Shown piece after piece: positions 1-9,244 of a DNA stretch of 64,000 nucleotides (its first letter is position 1; every line of letters begins with the position of its first letter). The DNA comes from an uncultured Ruminococcus sp. Its GTDB lineage: Bacteria > Bacillota > Clostridia > Oscillospirales > Ruminococcaceae. The stretch covers positions 1,154 to 65,153 of the forward strand of contig CADCFQ010000011.1 of the NCBI GenBank assembly GCA_902800795.1. The letters run 5' to 3'. Below the pieces are notes generated by a model that was not told the DNA's origin, ran no database searches, and saw nothing but the letters and a program-made list of their open reading frames with translations. Made by a program: the position numbers and the translations under genes.

Positions 1-15
1 GGCGGCGGAAAGGCT

Positions 16-582
16 TTGATAATAGGCGTGTCTTTGCTGATAGTGGCCGCAGCGGTCTATGTTATCGTTCTGTCGGTGCTGATGTACCGGGCTCTTGATA
101 AGGAACCGAACAACAGCAAGGTGGTCGTTGTGCTTGGCTGTCAGGTCAAGGGCACAAGGCCTTCGCTGATGCTCAAGCGCAGGCTGGATGCTGCAAAGGA
201 GCTTCTTGAAAGCGACGAGGAGTTTATCTGTGTTGTCTCCGGCGGCAAGGGCACAGGCGAGGATATCTCGGAAGCCCGGTGCATGAAGGAGTACCTTGTT
301 TCCTGCGGCATAGATGAGAAACGCATCATCGAGGAGAACCGTTCGACCACCACCTATGAGAACCTGAAATTCACAAGGGATATCCTTGACGAGCGTGGGC
401 TCGGGAGAGATATTATAATAGCCACGGATGCTTTCCACGAATACAGGGCGTCCCTGCTTGCGAAAAAGCTTGGCTACAGCAGCACGAGTGCGTGTCCGGC
501 TTTTACGAAATTCCGCTATCTCCCCACCTACTGGGTCAGGGAATGGATAGGACTTACACATTATTTCATTCTTGGGAACTGA
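16..582 (+). CDS. DUF218 / YdcF-family protein (SanA/ElyC-like) with N-terminal TM anchor
   Basis: 188-aa ORF. A TM helix is followed by the VVVLGCQVKG...CVVSGGKGTGEDISE...STTTYENL core typical of DUF218. The frame is open back to position 1, so the true start may lie upstream of the window (TTG at 16). Confidence 0.75.
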   Translation: MIIGVSLLIVAAAVYVIVLSVLMYRALDKEPNNSKVVVVLGCQVKGTRPSLMLKRRLDAAKELLESDEEFICVVSGGKGTGEDISEARCMKEYLVSCGIDEKRIIEENRSTTTYENLKFTRDILDERGLGRDIIIATDAFHEYRASLLAKKLGYSSTSACPAFTKFRYLPTYWVREWIGLTHYFILGN

Positions 583-583
583 C

Positions 584-622
584 AAAAAAGCCATGGCGCT
601 GTGCCATGGCTTCATTTGTTTT
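584..622. terminator. bidirectional Rho-independent terminator between convergent genes
   Basis: Hairpin AAGCCATGGC-gctgt-GCCATGGCTT (588-612) flanked by an A-run and a T-rich run. Confidence 0.8.
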
Positions 623-623
623 A

Positions 624-2291
624 TCATTTGTCTGCAACAGCGTTGTTTATAGCTGATACAAGAGCCTTTACAGACGATACGATGATGTCGGAATTGCGTC
701 CGCAGCCCCAGAACATCTTGCCGTCACAGCTGATGCCCACATAGGTCACAGCCTCAGATGTTGACTTGCGCTCCAGTGCGTGCTCGGTGTAGACCTCGAT
801 GTTGAAGTCGATATCTATGCCCTGCTTGATAGCGTTTGCAACAGCGTCGAGCCTTCCGTTGCCCTCGGCAGTGAAGGACTTCTTTTCTCCGTTTATAACA
901 GCGGTGACAGCCGAGCCGATATGGCCCTCGGCCTTCTGGATGTAGTGAGCCTCGATGATATCAACGGGCTCCTTTTTGTTGAGAAACTCATTCTTGAAGA
1001 TCTGATAAACTTCGTCCGGCATGAGCTCCTTGTGGCTGTGGTCGGAAACGCTCTTGACCTTGTAGCCCAGATCCTCACGCATCTTCTTGGGCAGATCGTA
1101 GCCGAACTTTTCCTGGAGGATAAAGCCGATGCCGCCCTTTCCCGACTGGGAATTGATGCGGATAACGTCGCCGTCATACTCTCTTCCCACATCATGCGGA
1201 TCGATCGGCAGATAAGGAACTGTCCACATATTCGAGTTTCTTTCTTTTCTGAAGTTCATTCCCTTTGCGATAGCGTCCTGGTGAGAGCCGGAGAAAGCCG
1301 CAAACACCAGTGCTCCGGAATAAGGCTGTCTGTCATAGACCTTCATTCTGGTAACTCTCTCATAGAGCTCGATGAGCGAGGGCAGATCAGAGAAATCGAG
1401 CCTCGGGTCAACGCCGTGAGTGAACATATTCATAGCCAGTGTAACTATATCAACGTTACCTGTTCTCTCGCCGTTTCCGAAGCAGGTGCCCTCAATCCTG
1501 TCGGCTCCTGCCAGCAGACCCAGCTCGCTGTCTGCAACTCCGCAGCCTCTGTCATTGTGCGGGTGGAGGGAAACGATGACGTTCTCTCTGTTGTGGAGAG
1601 TCTTGCACATATATTCGATCTGCTGCGCATAAACGTGGGGCAGCGACATCTCGACGGTAACAGGCAGGTTCATGATGACCTTGTTCTCCGGTGTCGGCTC
1701 CCAGATATCGATAACAGCGTTGCAGATATCTCTTGCAAACTCAGGCTCGGTGCCTGTGAAGCTCTCGGGAGAATACTCAAAGGTGATGTTGCCCTTCGCC
1801 TTTTTCTTATACTCGTTGCACAGCTTTGCTCCGTCGGTAGCTATCTTTATGATCTCTTCCTTCGACTTGCGGAACACCTGCTCTCTCTGTGCCACAGAGG
1901 TAGAGTTATAGAGGTGAACGACAGCGTTCTTAGCGCCGTCGATAGCCTCGAAGGTCTTCTTTATGATATGCTCTCTCGACTGTGTGAGCACCTGGATAGT
2001 CACATCGTCAGGGATGAGGTTTTTCTCTATCAGCGTGCGGCAGAACTCATACTCTGTCTCCGAAGCGGCAGGGAAGCCTATCTCTATCTCCTTGAAGCCG
2101 ATATCCACAAGCTTCTGGAAGAACTCCAGCTTCTCATCCAGGCTCATAGGTATGATGAGCGCCTGGTTGCCGTCTCTAAGGTCAACAGAGCACCAGATAG
2201 GTGCCTTGTCTATATACTCCTTGTCTGCCCAGTCCATACATCTCTCGGGCGGCATAAAATAGCCTCTCTGATACTTGTCAAAGTTTTTCAT
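624..2291 (-). CDS. leuA: 2-isopropylmalate synthase (long LeuA type)
   Basis: 555 aa. Contains VDLRDGNQA, HPHNDRGCGVA and GNGERTGN motifs of HMGL-like synthases plus a C-terminal LeuA dimerisation/regulatory region. GGAGG RBS present. Preceded by a T-box leader. Confidence 0.93.
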   Translation of the reverse strand: MKNFDKYQRGYFMPPERCMDWADKEYIDKAPIWCSVDLRDGNQALIIPMSLDEKLEFFQKLVDIGFKEIEIGFPAASETEYEFCRTLIEKNLIPDDVTIQVLTQSREHIIKKTFEAIDGAKNAVVHLYNSTSVAQREQVFRKSKEEIIKIATDGAKLCNEYKKKAKGNITFEYSPESFTGTEPEFARDICNAVIDIWEPTPENKVIMNLPVTVEMSLPHVYAQQIEYMCKTLHNRENVIVSLHPHNDRGCGVADSELGLLAGADRIEGTCFGNGERTGNVDIVTLAMNMFTHGVDPRLDFSDLPSLIELYERVTRMKVYDRQPYSGALVFAAFSGSHQDAIAKGMNFRKERNSNMWTVPYLPIDPHDVGREYDGDVIRINSQSGKGGIGFILQEKFGYDLPKKMREDLGYKVKSVSDHSHKELMPDEVYQIFKNEFLNKKEPVDIIEAHYIQKAEGHIGSAVTAVINGEKKSFTAEGNGRLDAVANAIKQGIDIDFNIEVYTEHALERKSTSEAVTYVGISCDGKMFWGCGRNSDIIVSSVKALVSAINNAVADK

Positions 2292-2352
2292 AATGCTTCC
2301 TCCTAAGTAAATTGTTGTTCACATAGCTAAAAGCATTCCTCAAATGGAGTGC

Positions 2353-2640
2353 AAAAAACAAAAAACCCGTCTCTGTTCCAAGAGACGAGCAATCACCCGT
2401 GTTACCACTCCGATTCACGCACAGCTCACACTGTACGCCTTAGCCGCATCCAACAATGCGTATCTCTGTAACGGGAGAACACCGTGCAAAGCTACTGTGA
2501 TTTCGCTCTGCAAGCTCAAGGACGAGTTATAGCGCAGCCCTCATACCGTTTCACACCTGCCAACGGCTCTCTGAAAATCGTGAAAGCGCCTTGCTTCCTA
2601 TCAACGCCTTTAAACTATGTTACCCCAATTATAACACAGT
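2353..2640 (-). promoter_or_regulatory. T-box leader (tRNA-sensing riboswitch) with terminator/antiterminator, upstream of leuA
   Basis: On the minus strand there is an AGAGAG bay and a GGUG-containing distal loop. The conserved T-box sequence AAUCGGAGUGGUAACACGGG (2394-2416) overlaps the 5' arm of the terminator CGUCUCU-uggaac-AGAGACGGG followed by a U-run (2355-2389). The promoter is TTGACA (2650-2655) / TATAAT (2628-2633). Confidence 0.85.
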
Positions 2641-2718
2641 TACAGGATTTGTCAAGCCCTGTTCTCTCGGTTTAATATATTATTCACAATTATTTCTTTG
2701 TATATCCTTGCCGACAGA

Positions 2719-2747
2719 TTGACAAAAACTGTCCGGTATTATATAAT
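2719..2747 (+). promoter_or_regulatory. sigma-A type promoter of galT
   Basis: TTGACA (2719-2724), 17-nt spacer, TATAAT (2742-2747). Confidence 0.7.
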
Positions 2748-2786
2748 TATATTGGATAAAGGCTTGTCGAAAGGAGTATCATCATT

Positions 2787-4280
2787 ATGATATATGAAAG
2801 TATAAAAAAGCTTATCACCTACGCTATGGATACCGGGCTTATAGCCGAGCCCGACAGGGTATACTGCACCAACCGTCTGCTGGAGGCTCTCGGCCTTGAC
2901 GAGTATGAGGAGCCGCAGACGGAGTATAAGGATATTGACCTCGAAGCTGTACTTTGCGAGCTTCTTGACTACGCCGTTGAAAAGGGCCTTTGTGAGGACA
3001 CCACGGTCCACCGTGACCTTTTCGATACAAAGCTCATGGGACTGCTGACCCCAAGACCCTCCGAGGTGGAGCGTGAGTTTGCGGCCCGCTATGAGAAAAG
3101 CCCCGAGCAGGCAACAGACTATTTCTACAAGCTCTCGCAGGACACCGACTATATCCGCCGTTACCGCATAAAAAAGGATATGCGCTGGATAGCCGCAACC
3201 GAGTACGGCGACCTTGACATTACTATAAACCTCTCGAAGCCCGAGAAGGACCCCAAGGCTATCGCTGCGGCAAAGCTAGCAAAGCAGACGGGCTATCCCA
3301 AGTGTCTTCTGTGCTATGAGAATGTGGGCTATGCCGGAAGGGTCAATTCTCCCGCAAGGCAGAACCACCGCATAATTTCCGTGACTATCGACGGCGCTGA
3401 CTGGGGCTTCCAGTATTCGCCCTATGTTTATTATAACGAGCACTGTATAGTTTTCAACAAAAAACACACCCCTATGGTGATAGACAAGTCCGCTTTCAGA
3501 AAGCTGTTTGACTTTGTTTCACAGTTTCCCCACTACTTCGTGGGTTCAAATGCAGACCTTCCCATAGTCGGCGGTTCTATCCTTTCCCACGAGCATTTCC
3601 AGGGCGGCCACTATACCTTTGCTATGGCAAAGGCGCCCGTTGAGACAGAGCTTGCCTTCAAGGGCTTTGAGAATGTGAAAGCAGGCATCGTAAAGTGGCC
3701 TATGTCGGTCATAAGGCTTGACAGCGACGATAAGGAAGCCCTTATCGGGCTTGCAGACAGGATACTCACCAAGTGGAGAGGCTACACCGACGAGGCAGCC
3801 TTTGTGTTCGCAGAGACAGAGGGTGAGCCCCACAACACTATCACCCCGATAGCGAGAATGAGAGACGGCAGGTTCGAGCTTGACCTCGTTCTGAGAAACA
3901 ACATCACCACAGAGGAGTATCCTCTGGGTGTTTATCATCCTCACCAGGAGCTTCACCACATAAAGAAGGAGAACATCGGCCTTATCGAGGTCATGGGTCT
4001 TGCGGTGCTGCCGTCGAGACTCAAAACCGAGATGGCTCTGCTTTCCGAAGCTCTTGTCAGCGGCGCTGACATCAGGGCGGACGAGAGGATAGCCTCCCAC
4101 GCCGACTGGGCGGACGAGCTTAAAGAAAAATACAGCTTCACCGAAGAGAACGTCAGTGAGATACTCAGAAAAGAGATAGGCATCGTATTCTCAAAGGTCT
4201 TAGAGCACGCAGGCGTTTACAAGAGAAACGCCGAGGGCAAGGAAGCTTTCCTTAGATTTGTGGATCATGTAAATAACTGA
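2787..4280 (+). CDS. galT: galactose-1-phosphate uridylyltransferase, type 2 (Firmicutes form)
   Basis: 497 aa. The length and N-terminus (LITYAMDTGLI) match family-2 GalT. The active-site region SHEHFQGGHYTF is present. Confidence 0.9.
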   Translation: MIYESIKKLITYAMDTGLIAEPDRVYCTNRLLEALGLDEYEEPQTEYKDIDLEAVLCELLDYAVEKGLCEDTTVHRDLFDTKLMGLLTPRPSEVEREFAARYEKSPEQATDYFYKLSQDTDYIRRYRIKKDMRWIAATEYGDLDITINLSKPEKDPKAIAAAKLAKQTGYPKCLLCYENVGYAGRVNSPARQNHRIISVTIDGADWGFQYSPYVYYNEHCIVFNKKHTPMVIDKSAFRKLFDFVSQFPHYFVGSNADLPIVGGSILSHEHFQGGHYTFAMAKAPVETELAFKGFENVKAGIVKWPMSVIRLDSDDKEALIGLADRILTKWRGYTDEAAFVFAETEGEPHNTITPIARMRDGRFELDLVLRNNITTEEYPLGVYHPHQELHHIKKENIGLIEVMGLAVLPSRLKTEMALLSEALVSGADIRADERIASHADWADELKEKYSFTEENVSEILRKEIGIVFSKVLEHAGVYKRNAEGKEAFLRFVDHVNN

Positions 4281-4285
4281 CGGCG

Positions 4286-4317
4286 AGACCCCTGTACAGC
4301 GCAGGGGTCTGCTTTTG
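4286..4317 (+). terminator. Rho-independent terminator after galT
   Basis: Hairpin AGACCCCTG-tacagcg-CAGGGGTCT followed by GCTTTT. Confidence 0.8.
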
Positions 4318-4334
4318 ATAAAGGAGTTGAAAAA

Positions 4335-6113
4335 ATGGCAAGAGCTGCCGATTTTATAAACGGTCAGAGCGTAAGAGCCTATGAACTGCTGGGAGCACAC
4401 ATAAGGGGCGGCGAGGCGGAGTTCTCGACCTATGCGCCCAATGCTAAGGATGTAAGGCTTTGTCTTGGCGGAACGTGCTATCCTATGGAGCGTGACGATA
4501 ACGGCGTGTGGCACGCTGTCCACCCGGCAAGTGAGGGCGACATCTACCAGTTCGTGATAACGACACAGTCCGGCGAGGAGCATTACCGCTCGGACCCCTT
4601 TGCGTTTTACAGTGAGGTAAGACCCAAGAACGCATCCATCGTCTACGACCTCGACACCTTTGAGTGGAGCGACAGCGAGTGGCTTTCAAAGAGGACAAAA
4701 AACTACGACAGCCCTCTGAACATCTATGAGATGCACTTCGGCTCCTGGAGGATAAAGGCAGGAAAGGAAGAGGACGAGCGCTTTTACACCTATGACGAGA
4801 TGACAGACCTGCTCATCCCCTATGTCAAGGACATGGGCTATACCCATATCGAGATACTTCCCCTTATGGAGCACCCCTTTGACGGCTCCTGGGGATATCA
4901 GGTGTCCGGCTATTTCTCGGCCACCAGCCGCTACGGCGAACCCAGAGGCCTTATGCGCTTTATAAACGCCTGCCACGAAAACGGCATAGGCGTTATCCTA
5001 GATTTCGTTCCTGTTCATTTTGTCAGGGATTTCTTTGCGCTTCATATCTATGACGGCGGCTATGTCTTTGAGAGCGACAACGAGAACGAGCGCTATTCCG
5101 AATGGAACACCGCACTGTTCGATTTTTCAAAAGCTCATGTGCTCAGCTTTATGAAGTCGGCGGTCAATTTCTGGATCGAGAAATACCATGTGGACGGCCT
5201 GCGCTATGACGCTGTGGCCTGCCTTATCTACAAATACGGCAAAAAGGAGAACCCCATAAACGACCCGGGTATATGGTTTCTGAAAAACACAAACTATGCC
5301 ATAGGCAAGCTCCACCCGGACGTTATGCTCTTTGCGGAGGACTCCACCGACTACATCAAGGTTACGGCTCCCGTCGAGTTCGGAGGGCTTGGCTTTGACT
5401 ATAAGTGGAACCTGGGATATATGCATGACACCCTCAACTATATCAAGACTCCGCCCAACCAGCGCCGTGCCCACCACAACAAGATGACCTTCGCTATGAG
5501 CTATTTCTATAACGACCTGTTCATCCTGCCCTATTCCCACGACGAGGTCGTTCACGGCAAATACTCGATGATAGACAAGGCTTCGGGACTGAGAGAGCAG
5601 AAGCAGGCGACTATGAAGGTGCTCTACACCTTCCAGATGGCTCACCCGGGAAAGAAGCTGAACTTTATGGGCAACGAGCTCGGGGAGTATATGGAATGGG
5701 ACGAGAAAAAAGAGCTTGGCTGGAACCTGCTCACCTATCCCGAGCACGACTCGCTCCATGAGTATATCAAGGCTCTCAACCACATCTATCTGAACGAGCC
5801 GGCTCTTAGCTGCTGCGATTATAATTCGCTGTCCTTCCGCTGGCTGGAGGCAGACAACCGCAACCAGTGCCTTTACTCCTTCGTAAGAAACGACCTTCAC
5901 GGCAGAAAGATATACTGCGTCTTCAATTTCTCGGCAAACTATCAGAACTGCTCTGTGAACGTTGAGGACGACGGCCAGTATTATGAGCTTCTCAATTCCG
6001 ACCGTGACATTTACAGCGGCTCGAACTGTATAAACGGCGAGCCCTGGGCACAGGGCAGGCGTGTGAATCTGCGCCTTGCTCCGCTCAGCTGTGTTCTTCT
6101 GGCAAGAAAATAA
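4335..6113 (+). CDS. glgB: 1,4-alpha-glucan branching enzyme (GH13)
   Basis: 592 aa. N-terminal CBM48-like region (EFSTYAPNAKDVRL) and GH13 conserved regions (DFVPVHF, DGLRYDAV, FAEDST, YSHDEV). Confidence 0.92.
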   Translation: MARAADFINGQSVRAYELLGAHIRGGEAEFSTYAPNAKDVRLCLGGTCYPMERDDNGVWHAVHPASEGDIYQFVITTQSGEEHYRSDPFAFYSEVRPKNASIVYDLDTFEWSDSEWLSKRTKNYDSPLNIYEMHFGSWRIKAGKEEDERFYTYDEMTDLLIPYVKDMGYTHIEILPLMEHPFDGSWGYQVSGYFSATSRYGEPRGLMRFINACHENGIGVILDFVPVHFVRDFFALHIYDGGYVFESDNENERYSEWNTALFDFSKAHVLSFMKSAVNFWIEKYHVDGLRYDAVACLIYKYGKKENPINDPGIWFLKNTNYAIGKLHPDVMLFAEDSTDYIKVTAPVEFGGLGFDYKWNLGYMHDTLNYIKTPPNQRRAHHNKMTFAMSYFYNDLFILPYSHDEVVHGKYSMIDKASGLREQKQATMKVLYTFQMAHPGKKLNFMGNELGEYMEWDEKKELGWNLLTYPEHDSLHEYIKALNHIYLNEPALSCCDYNSLSFRWLEADNRNQCLYSFVRNDLHGRKIYCVFNFSANYQNCSVNVEDDGQYYELLNSDRDIYSGSNCINGEPWAQGRRVNLRLAPLSCVLLARK

Positions 6114-6151
6114 TACACGCCCGGCACTGGAATACAAAGTTTTTTCTTGAT

Positions 6152-6190
6152 ATCCTCTCCCGATAAAGACGGGAGAGGATGTCTTTTTTT
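6152..6190 (+). terminator. Rho-independent terminator after glgB
   Basis: Hairpin ATCCTCTCCCG-ataaaga-CGGGAGAGGAT followed by a T7 run. Confidence 0.85.
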
Positions 6191-6266
6191 ATCTCATGAT
6201 CCGTCACGGATACTGCAAAAATATACAGCGCTGTTTATTTTTTTGATAGAATATCATATTTTTTTC

Positions 6267-6295
6267 TTGAAGTCGGTCTGCATTTATGGTATAAT
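6267..6295 (+). promoter_or_regulatory. sigma-A type promoter of the GH2 gene
   Basis: TTGAAG (6267-6272), 17-nt spacer, TATAAT (6290-6295). Confidence 0.6.
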
Positions 6296-6336
6296 TACAT
6301 AAACACGACCAAAATGACCAAAGAGGGGGAACGGCC

Positions 6337-9057
6337 ATGATAAAAACGATAGATATCAGCGGAAAATGGAAGCTGTTTCTGGATAAGAGCTGCGAAGCGA
6401 AAAAGCCTGTGTTCGATGACGAGATGCTCCTGCCGGGAACGACCTCGGATCAGAGAAAGGGCGAGCCCAATGACGAGCGCCCGGACGGCTATCTGACAGA
6501 CACATATAAGTTCGAGGGCAACGCCTGGTTCGGCAGAGATATCGACTTTGATAAGGCGGATGCTAAGAACCTCAAGCTCTTTCTTGAGCGCACAAGGATA
6601 ACCGAAGTCTTTGTGGACGGCGAGAGCCTTGGCGTTATGGACAGCCTTGTGGCTGCACATATCTATGACCTGTCCGCTTATGCCAAAACAGGCGTTCACG
6701 AGCTTGTTATCAGGTGCTGCAATGTGGGATATAAAACAGGCGGCGGACACCTGACCTCTCAGGACACACAGTCCAACTGGAACGGCATAACAGGCAGGAT
6801 GGAGCTTCAGCTTTTTGCAGAGGCATATCTTGAGAACGTTATGGTCTTCACCGATGCGAAGAAAAAACAGCTGCATATTACAGCTGATCTTTCGGGTGCG
6901 GATGAGGCTGATGTCCGGATCAGCGCCGAGAGCTTCAACAGCGACAAGACTCATACCCCGGCGCCTGCCTGCGTTAGAGCAAAGGGCGGAAAGCTTGACT
7001 GCGTTTATGAAATGGGCAGTGACGCTCTTCTCTGGAGCGAGCATCACCCGGCTCTTTATAAGCTAAGGCTCTCGGTCGGCGAGGACGTTTATGAGCAGAT
7101 AATAGGTATCCGTGACTTTGAGCAGAGAAACGGAAAGTTTCTGATAAACGGTGTCACCACCTTCCTCAGGGGAAAGCATGACGGCCTGATCTTCCCGAAG
7201 ACCGGCTATGCCCCCACAGACCTTGACAGCTGGCTCAAGGTGCTCTCAATATCAAGATCCTACGGGATAAACCACTACCGCTATCACACCTGCTGTCCGC
7301 CGGAAGCGGCCTTTACCGCTGCGGATATGCTGGGTATCTATATGGAGCCGCAGCTCCCGTTCTGGGGGACTATAACCACCCCCGAGGATGAAAAGCACGA
7401 CCAGGCCGAGCAGGACTTTCTTGTGTCCGAGGGCTTTGCTATGCTGCGCTCTTTCGGAAACCACCCCTCCTACTGTATGATGTCTCTCGGCAACGAGCTG
7501 TGGGGCTCGAAGGAGACCCTCAACGATATCCTCGGCCGCTACAAGGCTTTCGACAGCAGGCATCTTTACACACAGGGCTCGAACAACTTCCAGTGGTTCC
7601 CGAATGTGGTGGAGAACGATGATTTCTTTGTGGGCGTTCGCCTTGCAAATGACAGGCTCATAAGGGGCAGCTATGCTATGTGCGACGCTCCTCTCGGACA
7701 TATACAGACAGACAAACCGTCAACTGTTCACGACTACGATGCTATCATTCATCCCTCCAAAAAGGCACACGAGACCGAGGTCTCCGAGGACGGAACCGTC
7801 CAGATACAGTACGGCACGACTATGAAGACCGTCAAGGCTTCGGAAGCTGATGCGGATTTCATCCCGGAGGTGCCTATCGTTACCCATGAGATAGGCCAGT
7901 TCGAGTGCTATCCTAACTACGATGAGATAGAAAAATATACCGGCTCGCTCAAGCCACGCAACTTAGAGATATTCAGAGACCGCCTTGACAAAAAAGGCCT
8001 TCTGCCCCTGTGGAAGGACTATTTCGAGTGCTCGGGCGCGCTGGCTGTTGAGTGCTATAAGGAGGAGCTGGAGGCGGCTCACCGCTCGAAGCTGGTGGCC
8101 GGCTATCAGATACTCGACATCCAGGACTTCACGGGTCAGGGAACAGCGCTTGTGGGCATCCTTGATGCGTTTATGGATAGCAAGGGTCTTGTCACCGAGA
8201 AAAAGTGGCGTGGCTTCTGCAATGATATAGTCCTGCTCGCAAGATTTGAGGATTACGTCCTTGAGGAGCAGAGCGTATTTGAAGCTAAGATACAGTGCTC
8301 AGCTTTCCATGAGGGCTTTGAGGGCGGCACATTGAAGTGGTCTCTTTGCGACGGCGAAAAGGTGCTTGCGCAGGGCAGCAGTGATTTTTCGATGAACGGT
8401 GATAATTATGCCGATATCTGTGTTGCAAAGGCGGAGCTTCCGAAGGTCGAGAAGATAACCTATCTCACATTCAGGCTTTCGCTTGAAGGCACCGATATAG
8501 AGAACGAATATGAGCTGACAGTTGTTCCTGCTGTGGAGCAGGCAGAGCTTGACGGGGTATATCTTTTCCGTGAGGCGGACAGAAAGGCAGAGGAGCTTTT
8601 GAAGCAGGGCAAGACTGTGCTTGTGGTGCCGGACCTTGAAAAGATAAAGGATGAGTCAATAGAGGGTATGTACTGCCAGGACTTCTGGAACTATCCTATG
8701 TTCAAGACCATTTCCGACATGATGAAAAAGCCCAGACCTGTGGGAACTATGGGTCTTGTCATCGACACCGAGCATCCGGCTTTGTCGGGATTTGCTTCAA
8801 AGAAATATTCCACTCCTCAGTGGTTTGAGATAGTAAACAATTCACGCTCGGTGATACTTGATGACCGGGATGAGGACATAAAGGTCATAGTGCGCACTAT
8901 CGACAATGTGGAGCGCAACCACAGCCTGTCGCTGCTTTACGAATATGAGAAAGACGGCGGCAGGGTGGTAGTATGCTCCTGCGACATTGAAAAGCTTGCA
9001 GACAGCCCCGAGGGCAGGGCGTTTGTAAAGTCGCTGTTTGACTATGTGAGAAACTGA
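6337..9057 (+). CDS. glycoside hydrolase family 2 protein (beta-galactosidase/glucuronidase-like)
   Basis: 906 aa. N-terminal sugar-binding jelly-roll, then a TIM-barrel region with GINHYRYHTCCPPEAAF and SLGNELWG (acid/base NE). Substrate not inferable. Confidence 0.8.
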   Translation: MIKTIDISGKWKLFLDKSCEAKKPVFDDEMLLPGTTSDQRKGEPNDERPDGYLTDTYKFEGNAWFGRDIDFDKADAKNLKLFLERTRITEVFVDGESLGVMDSLVAAHIYDLSAYAKTGVHELVIRCCNVGYKTGGGHLTSQDTQSNWNGITGRMELQLFAEAYLENVMVFTDAKKKQLHITADLSGADEADVRISAESFNSDKTHTPAPACVRAKGGKLDCVYEMGSDALLWSEHHPALYKLRLSVGEDVYEQIIGIRDFEQRNGKFLINGVTTFLRGKHDGLIFPKTGYAPTDLDSWLKVLSISRSYGINHYRYHTCCPPEAAFTAADMLGIYMEPQLPFWGTITTPEDEKHDQAEQDFLVSEGFAMLRSFGNHPSYCMMSLGNELWGSKETLNDILGRYKAFDSRHLYTQGSNNFQWFPNVVENDDFFVGVRLANDRLIRGSYAMCDAPLGHIQTDKPSTVHDYDAIIHPSKKAHETEVSEDGTVQIQYGTTMKTVKASEADADFIPEVPIVTHEIGQFECYPNYDEIEKYTGSLKPRNLEIFRDRLDKKGLLPLWKDYFECSGALAVECYKEELEAAHRSKLVAGYQILDIQDFTGQGTALVGILDAFMDSKGLVTEKKWRGFCNDIVLLARFEDYVLEEQSVFEAKIQCSAFHEGFEGGTLKWSLCDGEKVLAQGSSDFSMNGDNYADICVAKAELPKVEKITYLTFRLSLEGTDIENEYELTVVPAVEQAELDGVYLFREADRKAEELLKQGKTVLVVPDLEKIKDESIEGMYCQDFWNYPMFKTISDMMKKPRPVGTMGLVIDTEHPALSGFASKKYSTPQWFEIVNNSRSVILDDRDEDIKVIVRTIDNVERNHSLSLLYEYEKDGGRVVVCSCDIEKLADSPEGRAFVKSLFDYVRN

Positions 9058-9071
9058 TAGTTTTGATCCGG

Positions 9072-9103
9072 GCACCTGCCAACTTCGGCAGGTGCTCTTT
9101 TTG
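9072..9103 (+). terminator. Rho-independent terminator after the GH2 gene
   Basis: Hairpin GCACCTGCC-aacttc-GGCAGGTGC followed by TCTTTTT. Confidence 0.85.
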
Positions 9104-9244
9104 TTGCAATTGCATAAAGGGCGTAAGTCGCTTTTGGTCGAATGAACGAAAGTGAACTCGATTTGGATATAAATCGTTCACAAGTGGCTTTTTTTATGCT
9201 ATAATCTATAAGGATAATTATATCTTTATTTTTATAGCAAAGGG

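Noticed and set aside
780-2306. 508-aa ORF on the plus strand opposite leuA. Similar long antisense ORFs lie at 5127-6137 (opposite glgB), 6295-7047, 10342-11484, 21987-22940 (opposite purA), 34648-35670, 37432-38247, 44065-44970, 58783-59436 and 61698-62408.
   Set aside because: Each one mirrors a gene with strong family motifs on the other strand. They lack RBSs and have Leu/Ser/Arg/Val-rich, motif-free sequences typical of stop-poor antisense frames in GC-biased coding DNA.
2344-2675. Two small plus-strand ORFs (62 and 63 aa) in the leuA-galT intergenic region.
   Set aside because: They lie antisense to a well-formed T-box leader and its terminator. They have no RBS and their composition looks random.
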